64,000 bases of DNA, from positions 78,247-142,246 of the forward strand of contig NIVC01001217.1 of NCBI GenBank assembly GCA_002269645.1, in the 5' to 3' direction. The notes beneath the pieces were generated by a model that saw only the letters and a list, made by a program, of their open reading frames with translations, had not been told where the DNA came from and did not search any database. Source of the stretch: Macrostomum lignano. Taxonomy: Eukaryota. Below, piece by piece: positions 50,217 through 61,061 of the stretch. Position 1 is the first letter of the stretch, and each line of letters starts with the position of its first letter. A program made the translations under genes and the position numbers.

Positions 50217-53200
50217 ATGGCAGACAATGACCATTCAGAGGAGCCAACTCCATATATTGAGGCAATTGTCACTTACATCTCCTATGTGCTGCTGGCTGTG
50301 TTTGGCCACATTAGAGACTTCCTACGCAACAAAGGATTTGAGGCTAATATGATTGCAACAGAGCCAGATCGGACTAAGGTATTTTGTTGTTTGCTTTGTA
50401 AAATATTTAAATACATAAGTAATTATTGCAAAGCATTGTGAATTAAATGATTGCCAATATGGATAAGGAGTATTAAGGAGCATCTGTTTTATTTCTACAG
50501 TTATATCACGGATGTATTGTTAGTATTTTCTTTTTTGCTTTTTAAGAGCAGTGTGAAGAAGAAGGATAAGTTATAAGAAGCATATAATAAAGCCTATAAT
50601 GCATATAAAGCATATAAAGCATATGAAGCATATAATGGTTATAAGAACCATTATAAGAAGCAGTAAACAAGAAATGGATTTTGCGAAACCGGAATTTTTT
50701 GTTTAGTTTTTTTCATCACAAATCACAAAACTTTGGCCTGCAAAGCCTCTCTATTCGGTCCTCGAGTCCTTTAAAACTTCACGATAGCAACCCGTCCCGC
50801 TCAAGGTTTTGTCTCTCTTCTCTAAGTGCAGATATATAATACTAATTTATAATCTTGCACCGAAATGCTCTGCGATGCGATTTTCTGGGTGAGTACGTGG
50901 GATCAATTCAAGAATTGCTCATTTCTAGAAGTGCCGCTTTCGAAAGAAATGAGCCTTTTTTCTACTTGCAGTTTCAGTTTTTTCTGCATTCTGCAAGCCG
51001 TCTTGTTTCGATATAGTATATGGTGCTATCTCGTTAGTCGTATATGCCTTGGATATTTGCGTGTTCTAAAAATAGTTTTTTAGCAGTTTCATTTTCTATT
51101 AATGTTGTTAAAGAGCTGGCATGCATTGTATATTATATGAATAGGATGATGGAAAGAGATAGTTAAACGTTTATCTACAAGATGCACGTTGTACCCACTT
51201 TTTATAATGAAAAATAGACAAAAACTGATTCTTTTAATATTTTAGCTAGCATTAAGGTATTCCCAAACAGTACACACTTTTACCTTGCAATAAAAATCTT
51301 TTAATTGTCATTACTCTCTAAGTTCTCAGTCTGGGTGAGCACCAGCCTCCCAGATCCTCCTCAGTTGCTGGTCCAGCCTCCCAGATCCTCCTCAGTTGCT
51401 GAACCAGCCTCCCAGGTCCTCAATTGCTGGGCCAGCCTCCCAGATCCTCAGTTGCTGGGCCAGCCTTCCAAATCCTCGGTTGCTAGAGCAGCCTCCCTCC
51501 CAGATCCTCAGTTGCTGGGCCAGCCTCTCAGATCCTCAGTTGCTGGGCTAGCCTCCCAGATCCTCAGTTGCTGGGCCAGCCTCCCTCCCAGATCCTCAGT
51601 TGCTGGGCCAGCCTCCCAGATCCTCAGTTGCTGGGCCAGCCTCCCAGATCCTCAGTTGCTGGGCCAGCCTCCCAGATCCTCAGTTGCTGGGCCAGCCTTC
51701 CAGATCCTCAGTTGCTGGGCCAACCTCCCAAATCCTCAGTTGTTGGGCCAGCCTCCCAAATCCTCAGTTGTTGGGCCAGCCTCCTAGATCCTCAGTTGCT
51801 GGTCCAGCCTTCAAATCCTCAGTTGCTAGACCAGCCACCCAGATCCTCAGTTGCTGGGCCAGCCTTCCAAATCCTCAGTTGCTAGACCAGCCACCCAGAT
51901 TCCCAGATCCTCAGTTGCTGGGCCAGCCTCCCAGATCCTCAGTTGCTGGGCCAGCCTCCCAGATCCTCAGTTGCTGGGCCAGCCTCCCAGATCCTCAGTT
52001 GCTGGGCCAGCCTCCCAGATCCTCAGTTGCTGGGCCAGCCTCCCAGATCCTCAGTTGCTGGGCCAGCCGCCTCTACACCCCAGATCGTGTTTTTGCAGCG
52101 AAAAAGCAGTTTAATAAAAGATCCAACCCTGTGCGAACTCAATTGATCCCCAATCGAGCAGAGCTTTGTCCCGCTCTACCAAAACTTCGAGTCATTCTTT
52201 ACTCGCAATCTGTACCGGCGGATTCGCGACTGCTGGAACCGGCCAATCACCACCTGCCCCGGGGCCGAGTTCGAAGTGATGGACCGCGACAGCCCGGACT
52301 ACGGCTGGACATTCCGCTATCCGGGCAGCACCACCCGGGCGGTGAACTTTGGCAGCTATAATTATCTTGGATTCGCAGAGTCGTCCGGCTATTGCGCTGA
52401 CGCGGCCGTCGCCGCCACGGAGATGTACGGCTGCGGGGTCGGTAGCTCGCGGACTGAGGTGATGTCTATTTGCTATTAATAAATGGGATTTAGTATCGCT
52501 TAATACATGATTCAGTGACCTTAACACATGATTCAGTGACTTTAGCACATGATTCAATGACATTAATACATGATTCAGTGACGTTGATACATGATTTAGT
52601 GACCTTGATACATGATTCAGTGACCTTAATACATGATTCAGTGACCTTAACACATGATTCAGTGCCTTAATACATGATTTAGTGACCTTAATACATGATT
52701 CAGTGATCTTAATACATAAATTAGTGGCGCCTAATATACGGTATGGTACTTTGCTCTTTTTATTTTTAGGCACCAAGACGTATTAGTATTAGTAGATTCT
52801 TCAAACCTTTCCATTCGTTGAGAGTCCTTGGTTCGCGCTCCCTACCTTAATTATTCTACCAATCCGACATGAACACTTGCCAGGTCGGCAGTCTAAATAT
52901 TCACACTCAGCTGGAGCGGGCCATGGCCGAGTACCTGGGCACGGAGGACGCCATTGTATTCCCTATGGGATTCGCCACTAACGCCCTCAACATGGCCGCC
53001 CTGGTTGGCAAGGGGTGCTGCATCCTATCCGATGAGCTCAATCACAGCTCCCTGGTGCTCGGCTCTCGACTAACCGGCGCCACTATCAAAATATTTAAGC
53101 ACAATAATCCGGCAGATCTAGAGGCCAAGCTCAGGGAGGCCATTGTCTATGGCCAGGCCAGGACTAGGCGGCCGTTTACTAAGATACTCATTGTGGTGCG

Positions 53201-53632
53201 TTGGGTTGGCATGCCTGCCTTGTGAGGTCTGGTCTATCTGTCTGGCTATCTATCTATGTCTGTCTGTCTCTATCTGTCTGTCTATCTATCTATCTGTCTG
53301 TCTCTATCTGTCTGTCTGTCTCTGTCTGTCTATCTATCTATCTTTCTGTCTGTCTCTGTCTGTCTATCTATCTATCTATCTGTGTGTCTCTATCTGTCTG
53401 TCTATCTATCTATCTATCTGTCTATCTCTATCTGTCTGTCTATCTATCTATCTATCTGTCTGTCTCTATCTGTCTGTCTATCTATCTATCTATCTGTCTG
53501 TCTCTATCTGTCTGTCTATCTATCTATCTATCTGTCTGTCTCTATCTGTCTGTCTATCTATCTGTCTGTCTCTATCTGTCTGTCTGTCTATCTATCTATC
53601 TGTCTATCTATCTATCTATCTATGTCTGGCTG

Positions 53633-53675
<43 letters not shown>

Positions 53676-53708
53676 GTCTATCTATCTATCTATCTATATG
53701 TCTGGCTG

Positions 53709-53779
<71 letters not shown>

Positions 53780-53812
53780 GTCTATCTATCTATCTATCTA
53801 TATGTCTGGCTG

Positions 53813-53861
<49 letters not shown>

Positions 53862-53872
53862 ATGTCTGGCTG

Positions 53873-53919
<47 letters not shown>

Positions 53920-53952
53920 GTCTATCTATCTATCTATCTATATGTCTGGCTG

Positions 53953-54041
<89 letters not shown>

Positions 54042-54052
54042 ATGTCTGGCTG

Positions 54053-54087
<35 letters not shown>

Positions 54088-54120
54088 GTCTATCTATCTA
54101 TCTATCTATATGTCTGGCTG

Positions 54121-54193
<73 letters not shown>

Positions 54194-54204
54194 ATGTCTG
54201 GCTG

Positions 54205-54245
<41 letters not shown>

Positions 54246-54256
54246 ATGTCTGGCTG

Positions 54257-54287
<31 letters not shown>

Positions 54288-56280
54288 GTCTGTCTATCTA
54301 TCTATCTATCTATCCGTCTATCTGTCTATCTATCTATCTATCCTTATCCCAATTAATCCTACCCTTATCCCATAGATCCCGCACTTGGGATCCACCCCAA
54401 TCCACCCCAATAGCATGTAATGCGCCAGCCGGACGCCCCGCAGGTGGAAGGCGTGTACAGCATGGAGGGCAGCATAGTCCGCTTGCCCGAGATCATTGCC
54501 CTGAAGAAGCGCTACCAGGCCTATCTATACTTAGACGAGGCGCACTCAATCGGAGCCCTGGGCGCCAGCGGTCGCGGAGTTGTGGATTATTACGGCTGCG
54601 ATCCTCGCGACGTCGACGTTCTAATGGGCACCTTCACTAAGAGCTTCGGCGGCGCCGGCGGCTACATCGCCGGCAGCTCCAGGCTCGTCCAGCACGTGAG
54701 GCAGTCCAGCCACAGCGCCATCTACGGCGCATCAATGCCCGCCCCCGTGGCGGCGCAGATTCTCACGGCGTTGAGCATCCTGCTAGGCAGGGCCGGCCCG
54801 CCCGACGAGGGCAAGCGGCGACTTCGTCAGTTGTCGGTCAATGCGCAGTACATGCGGGCCCGGCTGCACCAGCTGGGACTCATTGTTTACGGCGATAGGG
54901 ACAGCCCGGTGGTGCCTTTTATGATCTTCATGCCCGGCAAGGTGGCCGCCTTTGCCAGGCTGTCCCTGGCCCACGGGCTGGGCATTGTTGTGGTCGGCTA
55001 TCCCGCTACGCCAATCATCGAGGCCAGGGCCCGCATCTGCCTGTCCGCTGCGCACAGTCTGGACATGATCGACCGCAGCGTGCAGGTCTGTCTTCTGCAC
55101 TCTCTGCTATTTAAAATATCAGTCAGTCAGTCAATCAGTCAGTCAGTCAGTTAGTCAATCATTCAGTCAGTCAGTCAGTCAGTCAGTCAGTCAGTCAGTC
55201 AGTCAGTCAGGCAGTGAGTCAGTCAGTCAGTCAGTCAGTCAGTCAGTCAGTCAGTCAGTCAGTCAGTGAGTCAGCCAGCCAGTCAGTCAGTCAGTCAGTC
55301 AGTCAGTCAGTCAGTCAGTCAGTCAGTCAGTCAGTCAGTCAGTCAGTCAGTCAGTCAGTCAGTCAGTCAGTCAGTCAGTCAGTCAGTCAGTCAGTCAGTC
55401 AGTCAGTCAGTCAGTCAGTCAGTCAGTCAGTCAGTCAGTCAGTCAGTCAGTCAGTCAGTCAGTCAGTCAGTCAGTCAGTCAGTCAGTCAGTGAGTCAGTC
55501 AGTGAGTCAGTCAGTCAGTCAGTCAGTCAGCCAGTGAGTGAGTCAGTTAGTCAGTCAGTCAGTCAGTCAGTGAGTGAGTGAGTCAGTCAGTCAGTGAGTC
55601 AGTCAGTCAGTCAGTCAGTCAGTCAGTCAGTCAGCCAGTCAGTCAGTCAGTCAGTCAGTCAGTCAGCCAGTGAGTCAGTCAGTCAGTCAGTCAGTCAGTC
55701 AGTCATTAGTCAGTCAGTCATTAGTCAGTCAGCTATTAGCATTCATAAATGACTTATGTAACATAAATTCAGTCCTACAAAAAAAGCGAGTAACTTTGAA
55801 CTTTAGAATAAGGCAGTCCATCTAGGGCCCTCACCCCAATACTTGACCTGTAGACTGACTCTATTAGAGGGCACGCGCTACTGGAGTGAGAGCTAACTGA
55901 ACACATAATTTGTGCTTATAAATTTCTCTTATCTTTAGCCCCACTGGAAAGTTTGGCAGATGATAGCTTATCAAAATTGCTTCTTAAGTTTTTTGTATAA
56001 GAAATTTTGCATTAAAATTTTTTTCCTCTGAGTTACTTTAATAACGCTACATATCGGTAACTTTAACGTGCTGTATTTCCTTACCCATTTAAACTGTGCG
56101 CAGGTGATTGACAAGCTGAGCCGGCTGCTGCGCATTCGCTACAGTCGGAGACAGCCTCCCGATTGGACTCGGGACCGGACAAGGGCCTGGGCGGAGGCTC
56201 AGCTGGCCGAGTTCTCCCGCCCGCTGGCGCCAACTCATGTAGCGTCAAGCGCCAATGGCGTGGCTTTGATTGGCGCTTGA
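50217..56280 (+). CDS. SPTLC2: Serine palmitoyltransferase long-chain base subunit 2 (LCB2/SPTLC2-3 type), 529 aa: join(50217..50378,52162..52458,52884..53195,54444..55085,56104..56280)
   Basis: All junctions are phase 0 GT-AG. Motifs: [64 protein letters not shown]|[21 protein letters not shown]-lysine motif [31 protein letters not shown]. Confidence 0.95.
51341..52068 (+). repeat. 28-bp minisatellite CCAGCCTCCCAGATCCTCAGTTGCTGGG, SPTLC2 intron 1
   Basis: Period 28 (51601, 51629). Confidence 0.93.
52503..52715. repeat. 21-bp minisatellite ACATGATTCAGTGACCTTAAT, SPTLC2 intron 2
   Basis: Tandem units. Confidence 0.9.
53232..54342. repeat. (TCTA/TCTG)n microsatellite, SPTLC2 intron 3
   Basis: Direct reading. 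Confidence 0.95.
55120..55732. repeat. (CAGT)n microsatellite, SPTLC2 intron 4
   Basis: Direct reading. Confidence 0.95.
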
Positions 56281-56481
56281 AATTTTAACTATTACTAGTG
56301 ACCGGAGATTAGTGGCTTTACTTGACTTGTTTAGACAGTAAAAAACTGGACAACTGTGTCAAATAATGCTTTATCATATTACTCGTAGATCTATTCATTT
56401 TTGTAGTCTCCATCTGAAGGGCCGAGTTTACTTGTGACAAATTCTGCGGGCCTCTGTTTCTGATTGTTGCATGGGCCATGA

Positions 56482-56900
56482 AGCCGGGATCTAGGATTAG
56501 GGTCGTCTGGGATCCGGGATTAGGGTCATCTGGGATCCGGGATTAGGGTCATCTGGGATCCGGGATTAGGGTCATCTGGGATCCGGGATTAGGGTCGTCT
56601 GGGATCCGGGATTAGGGTCATCTGGGATCCGGGATTCGGGTCGTATCCGGGATTAGGGTCATCTGGTATCCGGGATTAGGGTCATCTGGTATCCGGGATT
56701 AGGGTCATCTGGTATCCGGGATTAGGGTCATCTGGGATCCAGGATTAGGGTCATCTGGGATCCGGGATTAGGGTCATCTGGGATTCGAGATTAGGGTCAT
56801 CTGGGATTCGAGATTAGGGTCATCTGGGATCCAGGATTAGGGTCATCTTGTATCCGGGATTAGGGTCATCTGGGATCCGGGATTAGGGTCTTCTGGGATC
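56482..56900. repeat. 23-bp minisatellite CCGGGATTAGGGTCATCTGGGAT
   Basis: Period 23 (56521, 56544); contains TTAGGG. Confidence 0.92.
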
Positions 56901-57169
56901 TGTTATTCAAAAATGATGTCCAGAAATCTAATTAGCAATTTTAGTTTGGTAATTAAATGATAAATTTTGCATTAGATGTATTTTTCTAACTAAGATTACT
57001 GGCTTATCAGAATATAAATGCTAACTGTGTTTTATAATTCATTATGATTCCCCTCCAGCTTAATTAGTTTGTTAATATGGCTGTACTTGTGCCTTAATTT
57101 GTGATCGTTGATTAAAAGCTGACTACTCTTAACTTAAAGTTAAAGATTACTCTTAAAGTATTTTAAATT

Positions 57170-57563
57170 AGACAATCTCAGTGAGAATCACTGTCTAGGC
57201 AATCTCAGTGAGAATCACTCCCTAGACAATCTCAGTGATAATCACTGCCCAGACAATCTCAGTGAGAATCACTGCCCAGACAATCTCAGTGAGAATCACT
57301 GCCCAGACAATCTCAGTGATAATCACTGCCCAGACAATCTCAGTGAGAATCACTGCCCAGACAATCTCAGTGAGAATCACTGCCTAGACAATCTCAGTGA
57401 GAATCACTGCCTAGACAATCTCAGTGAGAATCACTGCCTAGACAATCTCAGTGAGAATCACTGCCTAGACAATCTCAGTGAGAATCACTGCCTAGACAAT
57501 CTCAGTGAGAATCACTGCCTAGACAATCTCAGTGAGAATCACTGCCTAGACAATATCAGTGAG
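57170..57563. repeat. 27-bp minisatellite AGACAATCTCAGTGAGAATCACTGCCT
   Basis: Tandem units with an internal CAGTGA-GAA-TCACTG inverted repeat. Confidence 0.93.
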
Positions 57564-58129
57564 AGTTGTGATTCAATTGCTTTTAGAACCATAGAAGAGT
57601 GCAACTGACTGACTTTTAATCAAGAAACTGTCATGATCACAAGCGAATATCTCTTGGAAAATTGCCGATCAGTTAGCGCACAACTCTACTGCAAGTAGAA
57701 ATACGAGTATATTGCAACTTTTTTTTCTAACGAAATTCAAATCTTCCAATTGCCTACGGTTAGAGTTTGACTGTTAACACAATTCTGTTTGTCATTATTT
57801 TTATATTTCGATTTTCGATTAACATTTGCGCTGCGGCGCAGTACGGGTTTGTCATATGCAATTCTTTTAGCAGAAGTTTAAAATTACATCAGCAGTTATG
57901 TTTTGCTTAACATTATTTTCAAATAAATTTTATCCATTTTCTAGCGGATATTTGGCCGTGCTTTTCTACAATACAATCCTGTCTATTGGAACTATTTTTA
58001 TGACCTTTTGATTTTGAAGCAAAACTTTGAAGTCATTTTATCGTTTTGCTTTCTTGAAACTTCTTTGCACTTCTTGTAAATTCACAGACAAATTCCCCAT
58101 TCAGCCAAAGACAATATGAGCAATTTTTA

Positions 58130-58455
58130 ATCCACCATAAACAGTTTGAGCGATTCCCCATTCAACCATAGACAGTTTAGGCGATTCCCCATTCAGCCAC
58201 AGACAGTCTGAGCGATTCCCTATTCAGCCATAGACAGTCTGAGCGATTCCCCATTCAGCCACAGACAGTCTGAGCGATTCCCTATTCAGCCATAGACAAT
58301 CTGAGCGATTCCCCATTCAGCCATAGACAATCTGAGGGATTCCCCATTCAGCCATAGACAGTCTGAGCGATTCCCCATTCAGCCATAGACAGTCTGAGCG
58401 ATTCCCCATTCAGCCATAGACAGTCTTAGCGATTCCCCATTCAGCCAGAGACAGT
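58130..58455. repeat. 31-bp minisatellite GCGATTCCCCATTCAGCCATAGACAGTCTGA
   Basis: Tandem units. Confidence 0.9.
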
Positions 58456-59000
58456 ATAAGCGACTCCTTTGTGTGAATGACTCATTTGCCTATGTTTTGC
58501 TTAATTGTAAGATTACACAAAAATCAGTGCTAGCGCTCTGTATAAGAATGGCCACTGGTCTAGGCCTGTCAACTTAAGCTAGTGGAGCCCGAGTAACCTA
58601 TGACAAATGATACGTCATTCTGCTCGGTGACACCAGGAAGCCGGGTATGGCAAAAAGAACGACACAAATTGGACTTGCGATAGGGGAGAACAAGCAAGGG
58701 CATAATTAGGGACTATTATATAAACTTGAGCTCATAAAGTGGAGTCGTATACAAAATCTATAAAACTAGTTGTAGCTTTGTACTATTTTTATTTGACTAA
58801 TGATTGACTGGATTTTACGAGCTCTACATAAAATTAACTTTTCCGTTTAGAGATAAACGGTCTGCGCTGTACAAAGGTTGCGTGCACTTGTTCAGCTTTT
58901 TCACTTCCACACCATCTAGCTGGGAATTCCGAGCCTAAGCTGCAATTGCATACTAAACTGTGGATGAGATAAGGCTGCCTGTGGATAAGGTTTTCCGTGT

Positions 59001-59832
59001 GTCTGTGGATGAGATTGTGTCTGTGTATGAGATTGTGTCTGTGGGTGAGATTGTGCCTGTGGGTGAGATTGTGTCTGTGGGTGAGATTGTGTCTGTGGAT
59101 GAGATTGTGTCTGTGTATGAGATTGTGTCTGTGGATGAGATTGTGTCTGTGGATGAGATTGTGTCTGTGGATGAGATTGTGTATGAGATTGTGGCTGTGG
59201 ATGAGATTGTGTCTGTGGATGAGATTGTGTCTGTGTATGAGATTGTGTCTGTGTATGAGATTGTGTCTGTGGATGAGATTGTGTCTGTGGATGAGATTGT
59301 GTCTGTGGATGAGATTGTGTCTGTGGATGAGATTGTGTCTGTGAATGAGATTGTGGCTGTGGATAAGATAGTGTCTGTGGATGAGATTGTGTCTGTGGAT
59401 GAGATTGTGTCTGTGGATGAGATTGTGTCTGTGGATGAGATTGTGTCTGTGGATGAGATTGTGCCTGTGAATGAGATTGTGCCTGTGGATAAGTTTGTGT
59501 CTGTGGATGAGATTGTGTCTGTGGATGAGATTGTGTCTGTGGATGAGATTGTGTCTGTGGATGAGATTGCGCCTGGATGAGATTGTGGCTGTGGATAAGA
59601 TAGTGTCTGTGGATGAGATTGTGTCTGTGAATGAGATTGTGGCTGTGGATAAGATAGTGTCTGTGGATGAGATTGTGTCTGTGGATGAGATTGCGCCTGG
59701 ATGAGATTGCGTCTGTGGATGAGATTGTGTCTGTGGATGAGATTGTGTCTGTGGATGAGATTGCGCCTGGATGAGATTATGTCTGTGGATGAGATTGTGT
59801 CTGTGGATGAGATTGTGTCTGTGGATGAGATT
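59001..59832. repeat. 18-bp minisatellite GTGGATGAGATTGTGTCT
   Basis: Tandem units upstream of the gypsy LTR. Confidence 0.94.
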
Positions 59833-59961
59833 CACATGTGGATTGGTCCGTTAGTGTCTTGGCATAGGAGAGTGTCATTAAAAAGTCAATGAACAATGAG
59901 GCTGAAGTGACAATTGTAATATGACTTTAGAGATGCGGAGATCACCTCCTAAACAACAATA

Positions 59962-60146
59962 TGTGGGACTCTGACTGACTGATCATTTACAGACTGTGGA
60001 CTTCGTACTTTGTGTACATCGTTGCTCTTTCTCTATCCCTCGTACAAGCCTATTCTCTGTCACAACCCAATGCAATATGTGGTCTTGCTTAAGGTTGACT
60101 TTAATAAACTTTTGTCGCTACTGCGAGCTAAAGCTATTGACTTTCA
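59962..60146 (+). repeat. 5' LTR (185 bp)
   Basis: Starts TGTGGGACTC, ends CTTTCA, contains AATAAA. The start is repeated at 63976. Confidence 0.85.
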
Positions 60147-60148
60147 CT

Positions 60149-60166
60149 TGGCGTCGCAAGCAGGAT
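60149..60166 (+). other. Primer-binding site, tRNA-Ser-like
   Basis: TGGCGTCGCAAGCAGGAT lies 2 nt after the LTR and fits the TGGCG-N6-(G/A)CAGGAT complement of tRNA-Ser 3' ends. Confidence 0.6.
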
Positions 60167-60171
60167 CGCGC

Positions 60172-61061
60172 ATGCCTGCATACTGCCAGAATATTAAGAT
60201 ACGAGATCAATTTGCCTTTGGAGAATGCGGACGAACTGCGAGCCTGGGTAGAAGTGTTCGACGCTCAGGCAATGTCCAAACGAGTCAGAGATGAGGAGAA
60301 CCACCTCGGCTTGACAGACGCATTTCTAGGATCCCTGGGCGTAAGTCAACTTATGAAGGTCAAACAGCTGGTGGCTCCAAAGAAGATCGCGGGAATGCGG
60401 TGGGAGGACATCAAGAAAATCCTTTTCAAGTATCTGGAGCCTAAGAAGAGACTTCTGATAGCCGAGAGGACAGCGTTCATGGCCATGAGACAAGCTGATG
60501 GAGAAACTGTGGCCGGCTTTACTGCCAGATTGCGAGAACAGGCCATGGTTTGCGAGTTCGAGAAGTTCAAGGAAGAGCGGGCGGACCGCGGCTGAGCAGC
60601 TGATCAAGATGCGCCTTATCGCTCGTCCATTCAGCCAGGACACGAGAAACAAGGTTCTGGAGCGCGAGATGGCGCAAGAGCTGACTGTAGATCAGATCAC
60701 TGAGTTTGTTCAGCAGCTGCAATTAGTCAACGAGTTCACGACACCAACATCGGCAGCTCAGAACATCGGAGCATCAACTGAGCCAGCTGTGCATCAGGCA
60801 GTGTCACAAGAGCTGGAGCAGCAATCAACTCACACTGTTCACCAGTTCAAGGGCAAGTGTGGAAGATGCGGCTTGGCTCAGCATCGTAACGTGTCAGAAT
60901 GTGGGGCCTTGAAAACTGATTGCCACAAGTGCGGAAAGCAGGGACACTTTGCCAGGGCATGTCGCGGCACCTCCAAGGCGCACTTCACGAGCCCGAAGCC
61001 AACCCGGATGAAGCTGTGTTTTTCTGCACTAAAGGCAAGCCAGCTGACTTCTGCTTTGTGA
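60172..61061 (+). pseudogene. gag: gag, frameshifted
   Basis: Pieces in three frames: ELRAWVEVFDAQ...AERTAFMAMRQADGETVAGFTARLREQAMVCEF, then CGRCGLAQHRNVSEC and CHKCGKQGHFARAC knuckles. Confidence 0.85.

Noticed and set aside
53143-55537. Long SIYL and SQSV repeat ORFs
   Set aside because: Tetranucleotide microsatellites in SPTLC2 introns 3 and 4.
4162-56280. Lipid-metabolism gene cluster (STARD10 + SPTLC2)
   Set aside because: The genes are 42 kb apart with unrelated genes in between; no evidence of functional clustering.
57170-57563. CRISPR-like palindromic repeats
   Set aside because: No spacers, no cas genes, and eukaryotic context. The same applies to the other arrays.
58834-59892. 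(VSVDEI)n and (HRHNLI)n ORFs
   Set aside because: Read-through of an 18-bp array.
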